DNA of 63,174 nucleotides, counting the filler, from Sphacelaria rigidula (lineage: Eukaryota): NCBI GenBank assembly GCA_964200075.2. It is 10 parts of 10 records of this genome, joined end to end, with 100 filler letters (N's around TTAATTAATTAA, not from the genome) between each part and the next. Parts side by side here need not be neighbours in the genome. Positions count along the whole stretch, not along the records: positions 1 to 6,228 come from CAXNAA020021368.1; positions 6,329 to 12,556 come from CAXNAA020021369.1; positions 12,657 to 18,884 come from CAXNAA020021370.1; 7 more parts are not named here. One strand, written 5' to 3'. A program made the translations under genes and the position numbers. Shown here in pieces: positions 1 through 13,056 of the stretch. Position 1 is the first letter of the stretch; each line of letters starts with the position of its first letter. The notes below the pieces were generated by a model. That model worked only from the letters and a program-made list of their open reading frames with translations, was not told the origin of the DNA and made no database searches.

Positions 1-1694
1 CGCTGTTGTTCAGTTGCTCCCCCTCGTTCGAGGGTTTCGCCCCGGTCCCCCCCCCCCCCCCCCCCCCCCCCATGTCCATCTGGCAGCTTTCTGTTTTAGT
101 GGGTCCAAACGAAAACAAAGTACCAGGGTGGACACATCTTCCGCAGCGATTGCTTTTTGTTCGCCGCATCAAAATAAAGACGATACGACGCAAGGAAGAC
201 ACAACGCGCATGTGCCCTTCTGTTTGCGGCCACGAGAGGATTGCCATCTTCGTTTTTCTTCTCCTGCTGCATCTGTACTCTGCTGCACCGCTAAATTCGG
301 GGTTGAGTTCGCGAACTGCTGTTATACGAATGCATGGGCTGCGGATTTTCTCCATATACACAATCAACGCCCTCGACAAAAGAACGAGGAGCGGGGTTAC
401 AGACGACGGGGTTACCGACCAAAAAGTGTGTATATTTATCTTTCGTGATGGAAAGGGTGCGTCCAATATCTGCAGTTGAGATACCCATCTGGAGGCCGTC
501 GAACAGACAGCCGCGCGCATATCATGACACTGGAAAGCGGTATGGTGAATCGCGGAATTCAACCAAAAATATGGACGATGAACTGGGGCACTTGCGCACG
601 TCATCTTTCCAAGTATTTATATGAAGCGTGTGCTCGTGTTTTCACGGGTAAGTACGAGGGGGACGCATGGATACGCCGGGAAGACCTATCCACCTGCTTG
701 GCAGGTAGGCCTCGAAGTTACGTGTATTCACATGTCTCAAGCACGTTTACAGCATTTTTACACCTGGTGATTGCAGCGTGGTGCTCGCAGCATATTGCGT
801 CACCGGTGAAATAACTCAAGAACTCCTGTCTGTAGTCATGAGTTTTTGAGTTTTGTGACTTTGTGGGTGACCCCTTCTGCAGTAAAGATCCCAAACTCTT
901 CGAGCTCGAAGGGTTGACCACACGAGAGTGTGCATGTGTGCATTTATGTATGCTGTCATCCCATTCCCAAGAGGGGGATGGCAGTCGACACCTTACGGCA
1001 TATGTGAAACATTGAAACATGATTATTCCGGTTTTATTTACATCTTGGACTTTCACCGAGCGTACCTGACGATCGATCCGGCGGTATGATACAGCCACGA
1101 GAATCACATGCGAGCTATATTGGACCAACTTTTTTGGCAACGAACCTCGATTTTTTTCATACCTCGATTTTGAAAAAATCCGGGAAACTCAGATTTGCGA
1201 ACTCAAAATCTGGGGAAGCGTTTTATGGTACAAACCATAATACAGGCTGGTTCACGCATATTACCCAAAAAACACTCATCGGCAAAACTTCACGCCGTTT
1301 CAAAAAGTTGGACCCTGAAATTTTGCACGCATTTTCTATGGGTCATTGCGCAATTTTGCAGGAACGTTTTTTTTTTTCTCCTTTTTTCACCGTTTTTCAG
1401 CAGTCCCGGATATTTGGGGGAAACTTTGACCCAATCGGACTCCCGTAAAACGGTAACAAAAAATAGAAATGAATACCGTTCCTGTAAAGTTGCGTAATGT
1501 CCCGAAGCACAGTTGTGCAAAATTTCAGGGTCTAATAATAAGACCCACTTTTATGGCAGGCACGAATGTTGAATTTTTCACAATCGGGGGGACAAACAAT
1601 CGGGGAACGCACTTTATGGACACGGATTTGGACCAGATCGAAGGCGAAAAAATCGGGGAAAATCGTTCCGAGATCATGATTTCCCCCGATTTTT

Positions 1695-4130
1695 TGAGGT
1701 GATGCACGCGCATTTACGTAGATTGCTAGAGTACGAGGCGTTTGATATTTTTGCAACGGCAGCAGAAGACAGTCTCGTGACAGCACAGGGCGTGCGTACT
1801 GCCGCCCCCAGCTGCTGAAGCAACTCCGCACGGGATTTGACAAGCGGATAATAAGTGCTGGCGCCATACCCTACGGCGATGGTGATATTTTAATCTGCGC
1901 TGCGCTGCCATACGTATCACTATAACGAACGCTACTGTACTCTCCTAGCTCTTGTCGCTGTGCTCGAGGGGTGATGTGCGGCACTGCACTACCAAACTCT
2001 TCTCGCGCATTGTTTTTTCTCTGTCCTCGCAATACCGACTGTGCCATCATGTACTATTATACCACAAGGCATTATCATGTACGTCACTGATGATGTGTCC
2101 TGCACTGTATTACCCTAGGGTATCAAGGTCCGACACTGTACTCGGAGGATGGTTTACCGCCTGCCTGCTCTTCGAATTCATGCATGAGTACGCAGTACCA
2201 CACTCATACAAAAATGACCGTCTGTGTACACAATCGTTTGACAAATCTGTGATACTGTACCGCCTGTACCATAAAACGGTCCACCCGATTTCGAGTTCAC
2301 GGATGTGAGTCCCCCCGATTTTTTCAAAATCGGGCTCCCAAGAAATCGAGATTCGTTTGCCACAAAAATGGGTCTAACTCCTTGAAACGGCGTGAAGTTT
2401 TGGCTTTTGTGCGATGGAGTTTGCCGTACCGCGGTGAAACCGCAAACTACTTGATTTTAGTACCAAAACGGCGTTTTTGGTCGTTCTCTGACGTGAACAT
2501 GGAAATTCAAGTATCAGTTGAACGAGTTTTGCGACGAAAATTGGTGGAGCCCATTCTTGAGTCATGCGCAGGCAGATAGTTCGCGAAAAATTAAAACAAA
2601 AAATCGTAGTGCCGTTTTCTGGGGTCCCAGAATGGAGACTACTTCGAAAGACGACTCCGATCCCGTCGGACCCCCAAAAAACGGTGGAAAAAGTCAAGAA
2701 GTACACAAAACATTGTCCGCAGAAAGTTGCGTAATGGTACATAGCATATTAGTGCGAAGTTTCAAGATCTAACTCCCAATGACAGCGTGAAAGTTTGCGC
2801 GTTTGTGCAGGACGTGGGCTTGAAACGTGCGACTCCTAACTACTTGGTTTGAGTATCGAAACGTCTTCTGGGGCGAATTTGACGTGAAGGCAAAAAAAAC
2901 TGTATGAGGTTTTCGAATTTCTCCACCAAACTTTGTACATGTGTTCCTTGGACTCTCCCGGGACGCATCATTTCATTATGTTTCTGTTGGGGCATTCTGT
3001 ACCGGCTTCCGAGGGTCTTCATGCTCGGACCCCCGGAAGCCGGTAGAGAACGGAGAAAGCATGATAAGAATATTACCTTTTTTTTTAGCATCAATACCTC
3101 AGGAACTACCGAGTTTGAGGGCGAACTGAGCTTTTCTAGAACAGATGTAGGGGACGCCGTCACGAGGCTCCCTGGGTCTTTCGTGCCTATGAGTAATGGA
3201 AATTAGACGACGCCAACACCCGGCATCACCGAAACATCACGGTTTCGGGTATAATTCGATCCCCGTAGTAACCGTTTTAAAAATATGATTTTCTCGTTAG
3301 ATTTCCGTGTCGAGGACGATTACTACAATTTGAAGCATGTAGAGATTGGGTGAAAATTGGGCTTGGTATTCGTAATTTTGATCTCGGAACAGTTTGAAGG
3401 GCGCTGATTGGCTGAGGCATATTTTCGTCCAGAGCGCCACCGCTACGGCCTTGAATAGAAATCCGGCTATGTCACCCTCTTCGCCTCTTCATTGCGGTCA
3501 GTTTGATAACATATATGCGACTATTGGGTGCGTATTGCGGAAGGCATTTGCTGATGGCACAATTTTGGGTGATAACCGTGAACCGGCCTGTAGCAGTATC
3601 ACAGATTTGTGAAACCGTTCTGTACACAGACGTTTATTTTCTGCGTAAGTGTGGTACTGCGTACTCGTGCATGAAGCCGAAGAGCAGGCAGGCACCGAAT
3701 AATCCTTCGAGTACAGTGTCGTACCTGGGTACCCCAGGGTAGAGTGCAGGACAGTCCATCAGTACAGTACACGATAATGCCGTGTAGTGGTACATGATAG
3801 CAAAGTCGGTATTGCGAAAACAGTGAATATGGTGCGCGAGCAGAGGTCAGTAGTGCAGTGCGGTGCCGTACATCGCCCCCCAAGTACAGCGACGACAGAC
3901 TAGGACAGTAGAGCAGCGTTCGTTGTAGTGATGCATATATGCAGCGCAGCGCAGCATTGAATATTACCATCACCGCAGGGTACGGCGTCAGCACTTATTA
4001 TCCACTTGGTACACCCCGTGCGAAGCTGCTCCAGCAGCTGGTGCGGACAGGCACGCTCTGGGCTGTCACGAGACTGTCTTCTGCCTCGTGACCTACCATT
4101 GTAGTTAATGCACGCACGTCACCTCCTCAA
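1695..4130. mobile_element. Large non-coding element with ~550-bp diverged inverted arms (~1695-2260 and ~3590-4130); foldback or non-autonomous DNA transposon-like
   Basis: Blocks such as GCAGAAGACAGTCTCGTGACAGC (~1762) and ACAAATCTGTGATACTG (~2241) recur as reverse complements at ~4062 and ~3594, in colinear order across the arms. No credible ORF. Confidence 0.7.
2990..3590 (+). repeat. Dispersed repeat containing a strong hairpin; homologous to 30390-31010 in the opposite orientation
   Basis: Colinear similarity by eye to the reverse complement of 30390-31010 (e.g. CCCCCGGAAGCCGGTAGAGAACGGAGAAA, GTCACGAGGCTCC, CATCACCGAAACAT, AGCGCCACCGCTA). Confidence 0.8.
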
Positions 4131-4193
4131 AATTGAGGGAAGACACGGTCTCGGAAGGGCTTCCCTCGTCCATTTTGCAGGGTGTGATTTTTT

Positions 4194-4331
4194 CATAACC
4201 TGGACAAGAGAATACACAGTCAAAAAGTGTACTGTGTACAGTATCAGCTATTGCGCCTGTTGCAGTATACAAAAGATTCCATACTGTATGCAGTACATTT
4301 TTTGACAATCGAAATTATTGTCCAGGGTGTG
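4194..4331. mobile_element. MITE of the CACACCCTGGACAA-TIR family (hAT-type), diverged copy
   Basis: Ends CATAACCTGGACAA...TTGTCCAGGGTGTG. Interior similar to the copies at 22062 and 59498. Flanks are both A-T6/7, an approximate TSD. Confidence 0.7.
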
Positions 4332-5329
4332 ATTTTTTTTCGAAAAATCAGGGAAAACCGTTCCAAGATCGTGACTGCCCGATTTTTGCGCCTCCAATTT
4401 TGTCCATATCGGTGTCAATAAAATGCGTTCCTCGATTTTTGTTCTCCCGATGCTCGACAAAATCGAGACTGTGACTGCCACGAAAGATGTCTTGGGCCAG
4501 CCAGTACCGGATTTGAGCTCTTACAACCATGTCATCGACGCTGGCGAATTGAGCTGCGATCTGCAAAATGTCGTTAATCATGCATGATAATCAAGCGGCA
4601 GATGCTTTTCGCTCTACGGCCTGCGCAATGCTTTTTGGCGTTGAAACGATAAAACGCCCTGTCGAGCATATCCTATGACGTACGAAGATATAGTCCATAC
4701 TACGGTCTTTACGAACCCCGAACGATATGTTCAGAGGATGATAATTTGTCATACAAACGTTCTGTCGAGCGCGGGGAAACGATGGATAAATACACTTACC
4801 CACTTTCACCTCATTCATCATCTAACAGAACTATAGGAAGAAGGGTTGATCCTACGCTCAATATATTACGAGCAGAGGCACTGGATGCACGAACTCTGGG
4901 ATTCTCACCTCGATTTTGAGAGTTGTCCTCCGAACTTTGGTATGGAGTATCTATCGGTAGGGCATAATAAATATCAATTTCAGCCTCATCAAGGGGATCC
5001 GAAACACTTCTTACAGGCTGGGCCGCCGAAGAAACTCACTATCTTCAGCCCGTTCTAACTGACGATGTATCGCGAGTTGTGCCTACTGTGACACGTCGCG
5101 GTAATCGACAAATCAGCGCGCGTCTTGAAATCCATGTAGCACTGCGATCCGACAAGGGAGCATCAAACGAAATACCAAACTGTAGTCAAGTGCGAAAGTG
5201 TAGAGTTGAGGATACTACGTGCGGCGGAATTAGCCAAAATAAATCGTCTGAGATTGGATTTTCGGTTACAGTCAGTTTTGTGCTGCGTGGTGTCGCACAA
5301 GCTGAACCACAATTCCCGAGCTCAATACT

Positions 5330-5895
5330 TGATCGTTTTCGATGAAATTTTGATATAATGTTCAGGACGTGTGTGCAAACATCCCTTCGTTCCTCCCGTG
5401 TGTTTTTTTCCTTTTCTCCTTGAGTTATTCGCGACGGAACATTGCAGAACCATTTTTCGGAACAAAATTGCCAACAGCTCACGCAAGAAAACAAAAGAGG
5501 ATGTGGGAGGAAAGGTTCGGTATTCGCACATACGTCCTGTACATGGTGTCAAAACTTCATCGAAAACAGCTTGAAATTGAACAGTATGACTGCGCTTACA
5601 TTATTCGTAACTGGTCCACCCCCATACACTGCAGTGATCTCTTGTCGACGGAATGACCCATAATCTTCGCTCAAGTTTGGATCGTTTTCGATAAAATTTT
5701 GACACGATGTACAGGACGTGTGTGGGAGTACCAAACCTTCCATCCCCCGTGTTTTTTTTCTTTGCCAGTTATTGGCAACGGAACATTTTCGAACAGTTGT
5801 TTCGGAACAAAATTACCAGTAGCTCACGAATAAAGAAGAAAAACAGAGGATGGAAGGGTTGGTATCCGCACAAACGTGTGGTACATCGTTTTAAC
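5330..5895. repeat. Two tandem diverged copies (~350-bp period) of a ~240-bp MITE-like unit with long inverted ends
   Basis: Units start GATCGTTTTCGAT(G/A)AAATTTTGA at ~5331 and ~5680. The first ends in the reverse complement TCAAAACTTCATCGAAAAC (~5568). Confidence 0.65.
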
Positions 5896-5970
5896 ACTCC
5901 TGGTGGCTTCTTGGGCAGCCCAGCTCGTAGTCCGAAACACTTTCTCTTACCCAACACCCCTACCCCCTAT

Positions 5971-6228
5971 CCCCTGGTCCGGCGAGAACGCGGCGTGCTC
6001 CGTCCCGGCTTTGTAGGGGCGGACACCCAATGGGGTTGGTGTCGGTTGGCGATGACGCTGTAAAACACGCCACTCACTGCGTAAGCTAGGCAACCAGCTT
6101 ACCGGGATTTTTTCGCGCGCTTGCGTTTTTTTCCCCGGTAACCATGATGATAGTCGAGCTAGATCATGTGCGGTGTGGGAGAACCTCAACTCCGCACAAT
6201 GGGGATGATCGTACTACGTAGTGGGTCT
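5971..6228 (-). repeat. Copy of the abundant unclassified repeat carrying CTACAAAGCCGGGACGGAGCACGCC
   Basis: Reverse complement aligns by eye with 21125-21335. Confidence 0.8.
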
Positions 6229-6328
6229 NNNNNNNNNNNNNNNNNNNNNNNNNNNNNNNNNNNNNNNNNNNNTTAATTAATTAANNNNNNNNNNNNNNNN
6301 NNNNNNNNNNNNNNNNNNNNNNNNNNNN
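6229..6328. other. Artificial contig-join spacer N44-TTAATTAATTAA-N44, first of nine (others at 12557-12656, 18885-18984, 25213-25312, 31540-31639, 37867-37966, 44194-44293, 50521-50620, 56848-56947)
   Basis: Identical 100-nt spacers carrying stops in all six frames. The segments between them are 6228 bp (first four) and 6227 bp (last six), as expected for length-sorted unplaced contigs. Confidence 0.97.
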
Positions 6329-7414
6329 CGGCTTTGTAGGGATGCGAGGTCTGTGGTCTTATGACTATGGCATGCATGATCATGAGTACGCCCCTCATTG
6401 TAGGGAGCTGTGGGCTATGTCGCAGTGATATCTTGATGTACGTGTGTCGTACGTGCCAAATTACCATCAGAAATATTGAGTGGTTTGGTTGTCGCACATT
6501 AACTGATGACCGAAATACCTACATTGGTGGATTCAATTGGGGTCATTATCCACAAGATAAATGTACCTAACGTGAAAAAAACGCAAGCACTCGCTGAAGG
6601 AGACTCGAGCAAGGGAGAAGACGAAGGAAGAGAAGAAGAGGACGAAAGAAATTGGAAGGGAAAAGGGAAAATAAAGAGAAGACGAGTGATCTGTCTTGAC
6701 GAAATTGAGAATCCTGACAATAAATCAAGATGACGGGGGAAAATATGTGTGGAGAAAAAAACCTTGAGCAAAGGACAAGAAATAACCAGTCCATGCAGTG
6801 TGGCTTCAGGTGAAGAAAACACCGTGCTAGAGAGACAGAGAAGACTCTACGTCCATGTTGGAGGTATGCCTGTGAGGGCTGTATGTTTCCTGATGGTCCA
6901 GGCTAGCACATCTACATGTCCAGCGTAGTGCATGCTCTCTTTATGTGGTGGAATCCAACTTCCCTTGAAGCTGTTTGAGTGAAAAATAAACAGCTGTTTG
7001 TTCTGTCTTTTTAGGTGCGGCCAGTGCGTGTTTTATGGAGAAAAACTACACATTATTTTGTCAGGAAAAACACCGAATGAAATCAATCGACACATGCTGA
7101 ACGAGCGTCACCGAAGCTCAAAAGTCATGAAAATATCACGGTTGGTCGTTATTTTGATTCGCCCCTCGCTGCTTTGTCGTTGCTCTCTCTGCTTGGTCGT
7201 TGTGAACACAGGGGTATGATGATGGTTCTTGGTATGCCCAGGAGTACAACTATAAGACATTCGGTGAGTGGCTGGTTGTATTGATATCAAGTGATCGAAG
7301 TTAATTTTTCGCTCAATGTCTTGGAGTGTTTCCGTTTTGTCTATCTTGTGGATAATGGCCATGGGTGGCTGGATGATGACCCTCGGGAATCGATTACTGT
7401 GCGACAAGCAATCA

Positions 7415-7780
7415 AATCAGTGTGCTCTGTGTGTGTTGTCATCCCATCTACTCCGGGCACTAGTCTACACCTTTCGGTGCATGTGGGCGCAGCAGTCGGG
7501 GTCACACAGGAGGAAGGCCAACGTAAGAGTTTCTTTCATGTCTTATTTTATTCTTATTCTCCACCTTCCTTCTGCGATGCTCGCCTTTTTTTATCGCGAT
7601 AGGGGTTTAGCGGCCACTTTCCCACGTCGACCGGGAAGTCGAGTTGTGTGTACACACGACATAGTCGCTCTCCACTGTTGGGCATGATGTGTGAAAAATC
7701 TCATATCGTATGACTTCGCCGAGGTTCGAATCCATGACCCACCCGTCGGAAGGTTTCGAGGTCATCAAGCCACTACGTGG
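7415..7780 (-). mobile_element. tRNA-derived SINE, near full length
   Basis: The minus strand starts with a degenerate tRNA-like head (GTGGCTTGATGACCTCGAAACCTTC...GGATTCGAACC) similar to 44125-44193. It ends in GATGGGATGACAACACACAC, similar to 18985-19214. Confidence 0.7.
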
Positions 7781-9554
7781 CAGGCTAATCAACGCGTGTT
7801 GTTATTATCTGGCTTGTCTGCTATGGCTTTGGGTTGATTTTTGCGCGCCGATGTTTGAGGTACTGTACACCGGTAGAGCGGTGCCACGACAGGAGCTATT
7901 GCGATCAGTAGCATGTCAGCATGTGGTTTTCATTCATTTCCCACCGCAAAAAGGGGTGAAGAACAACCGTTTCCGGATTGACTACTTTTTTTTTCAGCCG
8001 TTCGACTGCCTGGGGTAGGCAGCATCTGTTTGGTGGAAGTTATTTTCACTCAAAACAAGCCACCGAGTTGTTGTTGCTGTTTTCTTGACATTAACAACCG
8101 TTCCAATATCTGCGCAGTACTCTGTACGGGGCGTCTGATGCGGACGCCTTCCGTGGCCCTACCCCAAAATAGGTTAGAATGAAAGCAGAAAACGAAATCG
8201 GACCCCAAAAAATTCACACGGACGCGATACAAAAGAAATAAATAACCGACTAAATTAAAAATAATAAAAAGGAGGGAGGAAAAAAAATACTGCTAGCGAA
8301 GAATGCATTGAGAAAAATGATGGAAGAATCGGGCATATGGTTGAGGGTTCCCACAAACCTGACTACCCCAACTCGTGGGACGGAGGAAGTATGCTCTAAA
8401 GCATGTGTGAGGGTGGGTGGCGTGTGGCGGCATGGCATGAGCTGCACGCTTTTCCCAACTCATGTTAGACTTATTCGTGGCTCCTTTGGATTGTTGTAGC
8501 TCGGTCCGTACGTTGTTCTCTCATGTTATTGGTTCGACCTCCGTACAAGAGTACTTCGAAGCATATACCATATATATATATATAATATATACAAGCCGCA
8601 CGGGACCCGGGGCTGTGCCCCGGTCCCGTCCGTCGTTTTCGAGGGTCTCGTTATTGTTGCCTTGCCAAGCCCTCGTGAGAATAGACCCTCTCTCGAAATG
8701 TTCATGCCCGCCGGAAACATTGCATGACCACCGCGATCGCACGTCCGTTCTAATGGTAGCGAACGCATGTGTACCCCCGCACAAAGGTGAAGTACGAATC
8801 CGCTAACGGGGCCCCTAACAGTGGCATTGGCCCGAACAGTGATCTCCCGGGGTGGGTGCGGAGGAACTCGCACACTAAAATCAGCAATAAATCTCGTGGA
8901 CGCCTCGTTACAGAGTATGCTTCACGCTCGTGAGTTCGAAATATTCTATATATATATACTATATGTGTACTCTCCTGTGTTCGTCCACTCTTGTTTGCGC
9001 ATTTGCCACTGCAAGGCTCGAGTTTTACTTGAGTAGATTAACCGTCAAATCGATTGTCCTCACTCTCTTACTCCCTCACCGAAGCGATTGCTTCCGACTC
9101 TGATTGTATAACACTTCCGCCTTTCTCTCTTTTTGTTTTGTGCCACGCCCTGACCGGTCGCGCTTGGACTCCACTGTGTGTTTGCTGCGGTGATTGTCGA
9201 CGTTCACGCGATTCGTGCGTATCTACAGGTTTCAATGTGAAGGCGGGAAAAACTCAGTCTCTCGGCACGGGCCATGTTTCAGAAGACGAGCAACGTGGGT
9301 GGTCCCTTGTAGTACCGCAGATGATTTCCATGTACCAGCTGGGGTTTGGGTTACTACTGAAAACAGTAATATTTTCTTGCAGAGTTCGGCAGCTGGGCCC
9401 GGCCGCCGAATCTTGAGTCCTCGAGATCCTGCAGTGTTCGATCGACATCTCTGAGCTTTCGAGATACTGCAGAAGTGCGGGATTCAGTGCAGAGAGTATC
9501 GTGGCTGTTTTTGTGGTTATCATATGGTGCCTGGTATCCTAGTACTAGGGTAAT

Positions 9555-9682
9555 AGAGAGTTTCGGAAAACAACATTTTGAGGCAAAAACCCGGGGATAA
9601 TTTGCGTCTTCTCACTAAAATCCAATCAAACAATAGTTATCCCTGAGTTTTTCCGGCCTGTTTTTGTTTTCCGAAACTCTCT
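9555..9682. mobile_element. 128-bp MITE with 3-bp TSD (PIF/Harbinger, Tourist-like)
   Basis: TIRs AGAGAGTTTCGGAAAACAA / TTGTTTTCCGAAACTCTCT, flanked by AAT on both sides (9552-9554, 9683-9685). Confidence 0.75.
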
Positions 9683-9859
9683 AATATCGCGATGCATGTC
9701 ACTGCTTTTTTTATGGTGTTAGAACTCCCGTAACATGTCTGTGACAATCGTGACAAGTCCGATCTGTGATGGTATCATCAATACATCACTTGATCCCGTC
9801 CCATCGAACGGGTGCTTACTGCTGCTGCTGCTCTTGGTCGTTGTTTGTGTTGCAAGCAG

Positions 9860-9967
9860 GTGTAGCGGTATTCATGCGAAGTGAGGCGGAAGAGCTGAGG
9901 GAGGCCATCTGGGAGTTCAGCTCTCATAACAATTACGAGAGGATGGTTGAGGAAGCTCATCGTGAAG
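9860..9967 (+). CDS. Possible isolated exon of an unknown gene (VAVFMRSEAEELREAIWEFSSHNNYERMVEEAHRE)
   Basis: T-rich tract plus CAG acceptor, 108-nt open frame, strong AG|GTGAGC donor. No recognisable family. Confidence 0.4.
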
Positions 9968-12900
9968 GTGAGCCGTAGCTGCAGAGCGCATCACACATCA
10001 CACTAATATCTGGGCATCGCTGTTCAGCAATCGTGTAGGTAGTATCTGAAGTGTTGTTTGACTCTCTCGGGCAGCGAAGCTAGCTTTCACCGACAAAAGA
10101 GGCTTGTCGGGTCTCCGATCGCCGATACACACCGCATTGGCTTCGATGATGTCGGGAAACGAGTTTCCATGTGGCTTGTGAGATGTTTCGTTCATTTCGG
10201 CTAGCGAGCCGATCCAAGTTTCTGACTCGAAACGTGGCTAAAAGGCGACACGATTTATGGATACTTCATCTGGATAGCTCTTGGTTGTGGAAGGGCTTCC
10301 TCGTCGGTCGTGTTGATCATCTCGTTGTCTGTCCGACATCGCAAGGGAGTGCATGGCTCCCCGTGGGCGTAACGCAAATATATGTTTGGACGGGTCAAAA
10401 CTGTTGGAAGAAAAATGTCAAGACAGTCCAGAAGTGCCAGTTAGCTACGATCGTAGTTGGTTGGCCTGCGAGTATCTTACTTTCGGTTTTTGCGACGTGT
10501 GCAATGTGCAGCTTCACCTTAGCACTGCTGATTATTTCATGAACCCAAGTATGTTGTTTCTTTGCTGCGATGTGGTGGCACTTGAGGTCATTTCACATGC
10601 GACCGTCACGGAGTCGGGGAAGCTCACCATCAGCGCATATTTCGCGTATGATTTGTCGTCACCGTGAGTGTCCATTCCAAAACATAGTTTAAGCGATACA
10701 TTTCACCGATCGTGTCACCGCGCCCCGGTGTTATGGACTAAATGGTTAATGAAATCTGATGAAGTGGGCGTGAAGCTTCGAATCCCAGCGGATACTCCTT
10801 TTTGTTACCTTTTCAGGGGGCTAAGGGGGGAAGATTTTCAGACACGGAGCCCCCCCCCCCCCCTCCTGGAGGACATATTTTCGAAAAGTGTAATGATTTT
10901 TGTTGTTGTTTTTGTGAATATTGTTGCAAGAAATTAATAAACTCTGATAAAACTGCACAACTCTGGTGGGCTTTGCGGGGTTCGTATAGTTGCTTCTGCT
11001 CCTTGCCCGCTCTGTCCCGATGACCCCAGATGCCGGCCACACTCACACACATGTATGTACACGCGCGCACGGTAGCGACAGCCTGTAGCCAAAGTAGCAA
11101 CAATATCTCACGCCTCGCCAAACTTGTCGGACTACTGGCGGGTACTGGTGGTCCACGACACGGAACATGATCCCACGAATGTGATCATGGTGAGTGATGA
11201 GCTTGGGGAGGGCATCGTGTCCCCCATCTCGGCGGTCTCCATGCCAAAAATATCTGTACACGGCAGCTGACCGCATCCGTCAACGCTTCGGCAATAAACA
11301 AGGGAACAGCAGGCTGGGTGTGTGTCCCCCTTCCTCCCCCTCCCCCCCCCCTCTCCGCAAAAACTCAAACTTTCGATCTACAGGCCTACGTGTCGCGAAA
11401 TCTTTTCCCCGTAGTCCCCTGACCCTTCTGAAAAATATGTCTGATTTATGTTTTTGACAGCGCGAGGAAATGAGTGACATTGTTTTTACCGAAGTTGACG
11501 CGGTAGGGCAGCGCTGATCATGACGCAATCCGCGATACTAAAATGTCAAGGATGTAAAGCACCGGGGGACGGCTGGGTCGACCCCTCATGATCACTTGTG
11601 GGGACGAGCTCGTCCCGACGAGGGGGAGAGGTCGAAATTATCACCAGAATAATTTTGTCATGGTTCCTCAGCTTCTTGTGGTCGACACTGTCGGAGGCAG
11701 TAGTGCACATAAAGAGCTCAACGTTGGCGAATGTGCTGACCCCGTTTTGTCCTCCGGAACGCCTCCGTGTAGGAGGCGACTTGGCTCTCCAAGCAGGTCC
11801 TTGTGCAAGCGAGTCAGCACTGAGATTGCAGTACTTGGTTCGAGTAAAATGCCAACAAGCTCTCTGAGCACTCGAGTATACCGGGCGCTGTTTTTCAGAT
11901 CATTAACCACATTGCAGTAGTTACCGGCTGAACGGGGCGAAATTTATCATTTTTCGTAGTTGGCGATTTTCTTGAGTTTTTTTTTTTTTGCGTTTTGTAT
12001 ATGCGTTCACGAGAACGATCGGGATTAGTTCGATCGAGCAAAAGTACCCAAGAGTCAGAGCCTGGGGCTGTGCAGTTGCAGGACCCCCGAGGACCAAATA
12101 GGCCGTAAGACGTTCGATCCTGATTGCAGAAATGATAATTTGAGCATGTGGAGCGGATGCTAGAGTCTCTCGATCCCCAAACTTTACGATCAAACGCGTG
12201 CTGTGATTGGCGGTGGCACACTTGGAAAGAGGAGAATGCCAACTACAAAAAAATTACAGTTTTGACCCCGTTCAGCCGGCAACTACTATACGTCCTCTGT
12301 CTCATAAGTCTGGGCACTTACGGTTGTACAAGCCCTTAACGGTGTGATATTTGATCTTCGATCTTTTTATTGCATTCGCCGGCGTTTTTTTAGCTAAAAC
12401 CAACATTCTTTCTACAACGTGGGTGCTTGACCCATGCAGCCGCGCGGCCTAGAAAATGTAGGTTGGTCCAAAAACGGCCATTTTTCGCCTGTTTTCCTCC
12501 CCAACGTAGTTATGCGTGGAGTGATATTCGACGGGAATACGAAGGCAGGCCGACCCNNNNNNNNNNNNNNNNNNNNNNNNNNNNNNNNNNNNNNNNNNNN
12601 TTAATTAATTAANNNNNNNNNNNNNNNNNNNNNNNNNNNNNNNNNNNNNNNNNNNNGCTCACCAAACCTATTGATTACGGCAATTGCTATCGATATATAC
12701 AACCCCGAATCTATTGCGGTACACCACTTCCATCGATGGCGAGTGATCTTCATCTATTGTAATTGCCATAGGCTATCGATCGACTGTTGCAACATCTATT
12801 GTTCCTTGCAATGCATATCAATAGATGTCTTTCACCATCTATCGTGTTCGATAATATATATCGATATATATTTTCCCCGTGTCTATTGCTGAAGCAATGA

Positions 12901-13008
12901 ACTATTATTGTGTCCATTGTCCAGGGTGTGAAGTGTATGCTCTACTTCACTTGCCCGTGAAAAATTCTTCGGTCTGTACCGTGAGTCCATGCTGTGGCTG
13001 TTTTCAAG

Positions 13009-13056
<48 letters not shown>

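Noticed and set aside
6273..6284. TTAATTAATTAA recurring every ~6.33 kb as a possible biological periodic repeat
   Set aside because: It is always embedded in N44 runs, so it is an artificial six-frame-stop linker.
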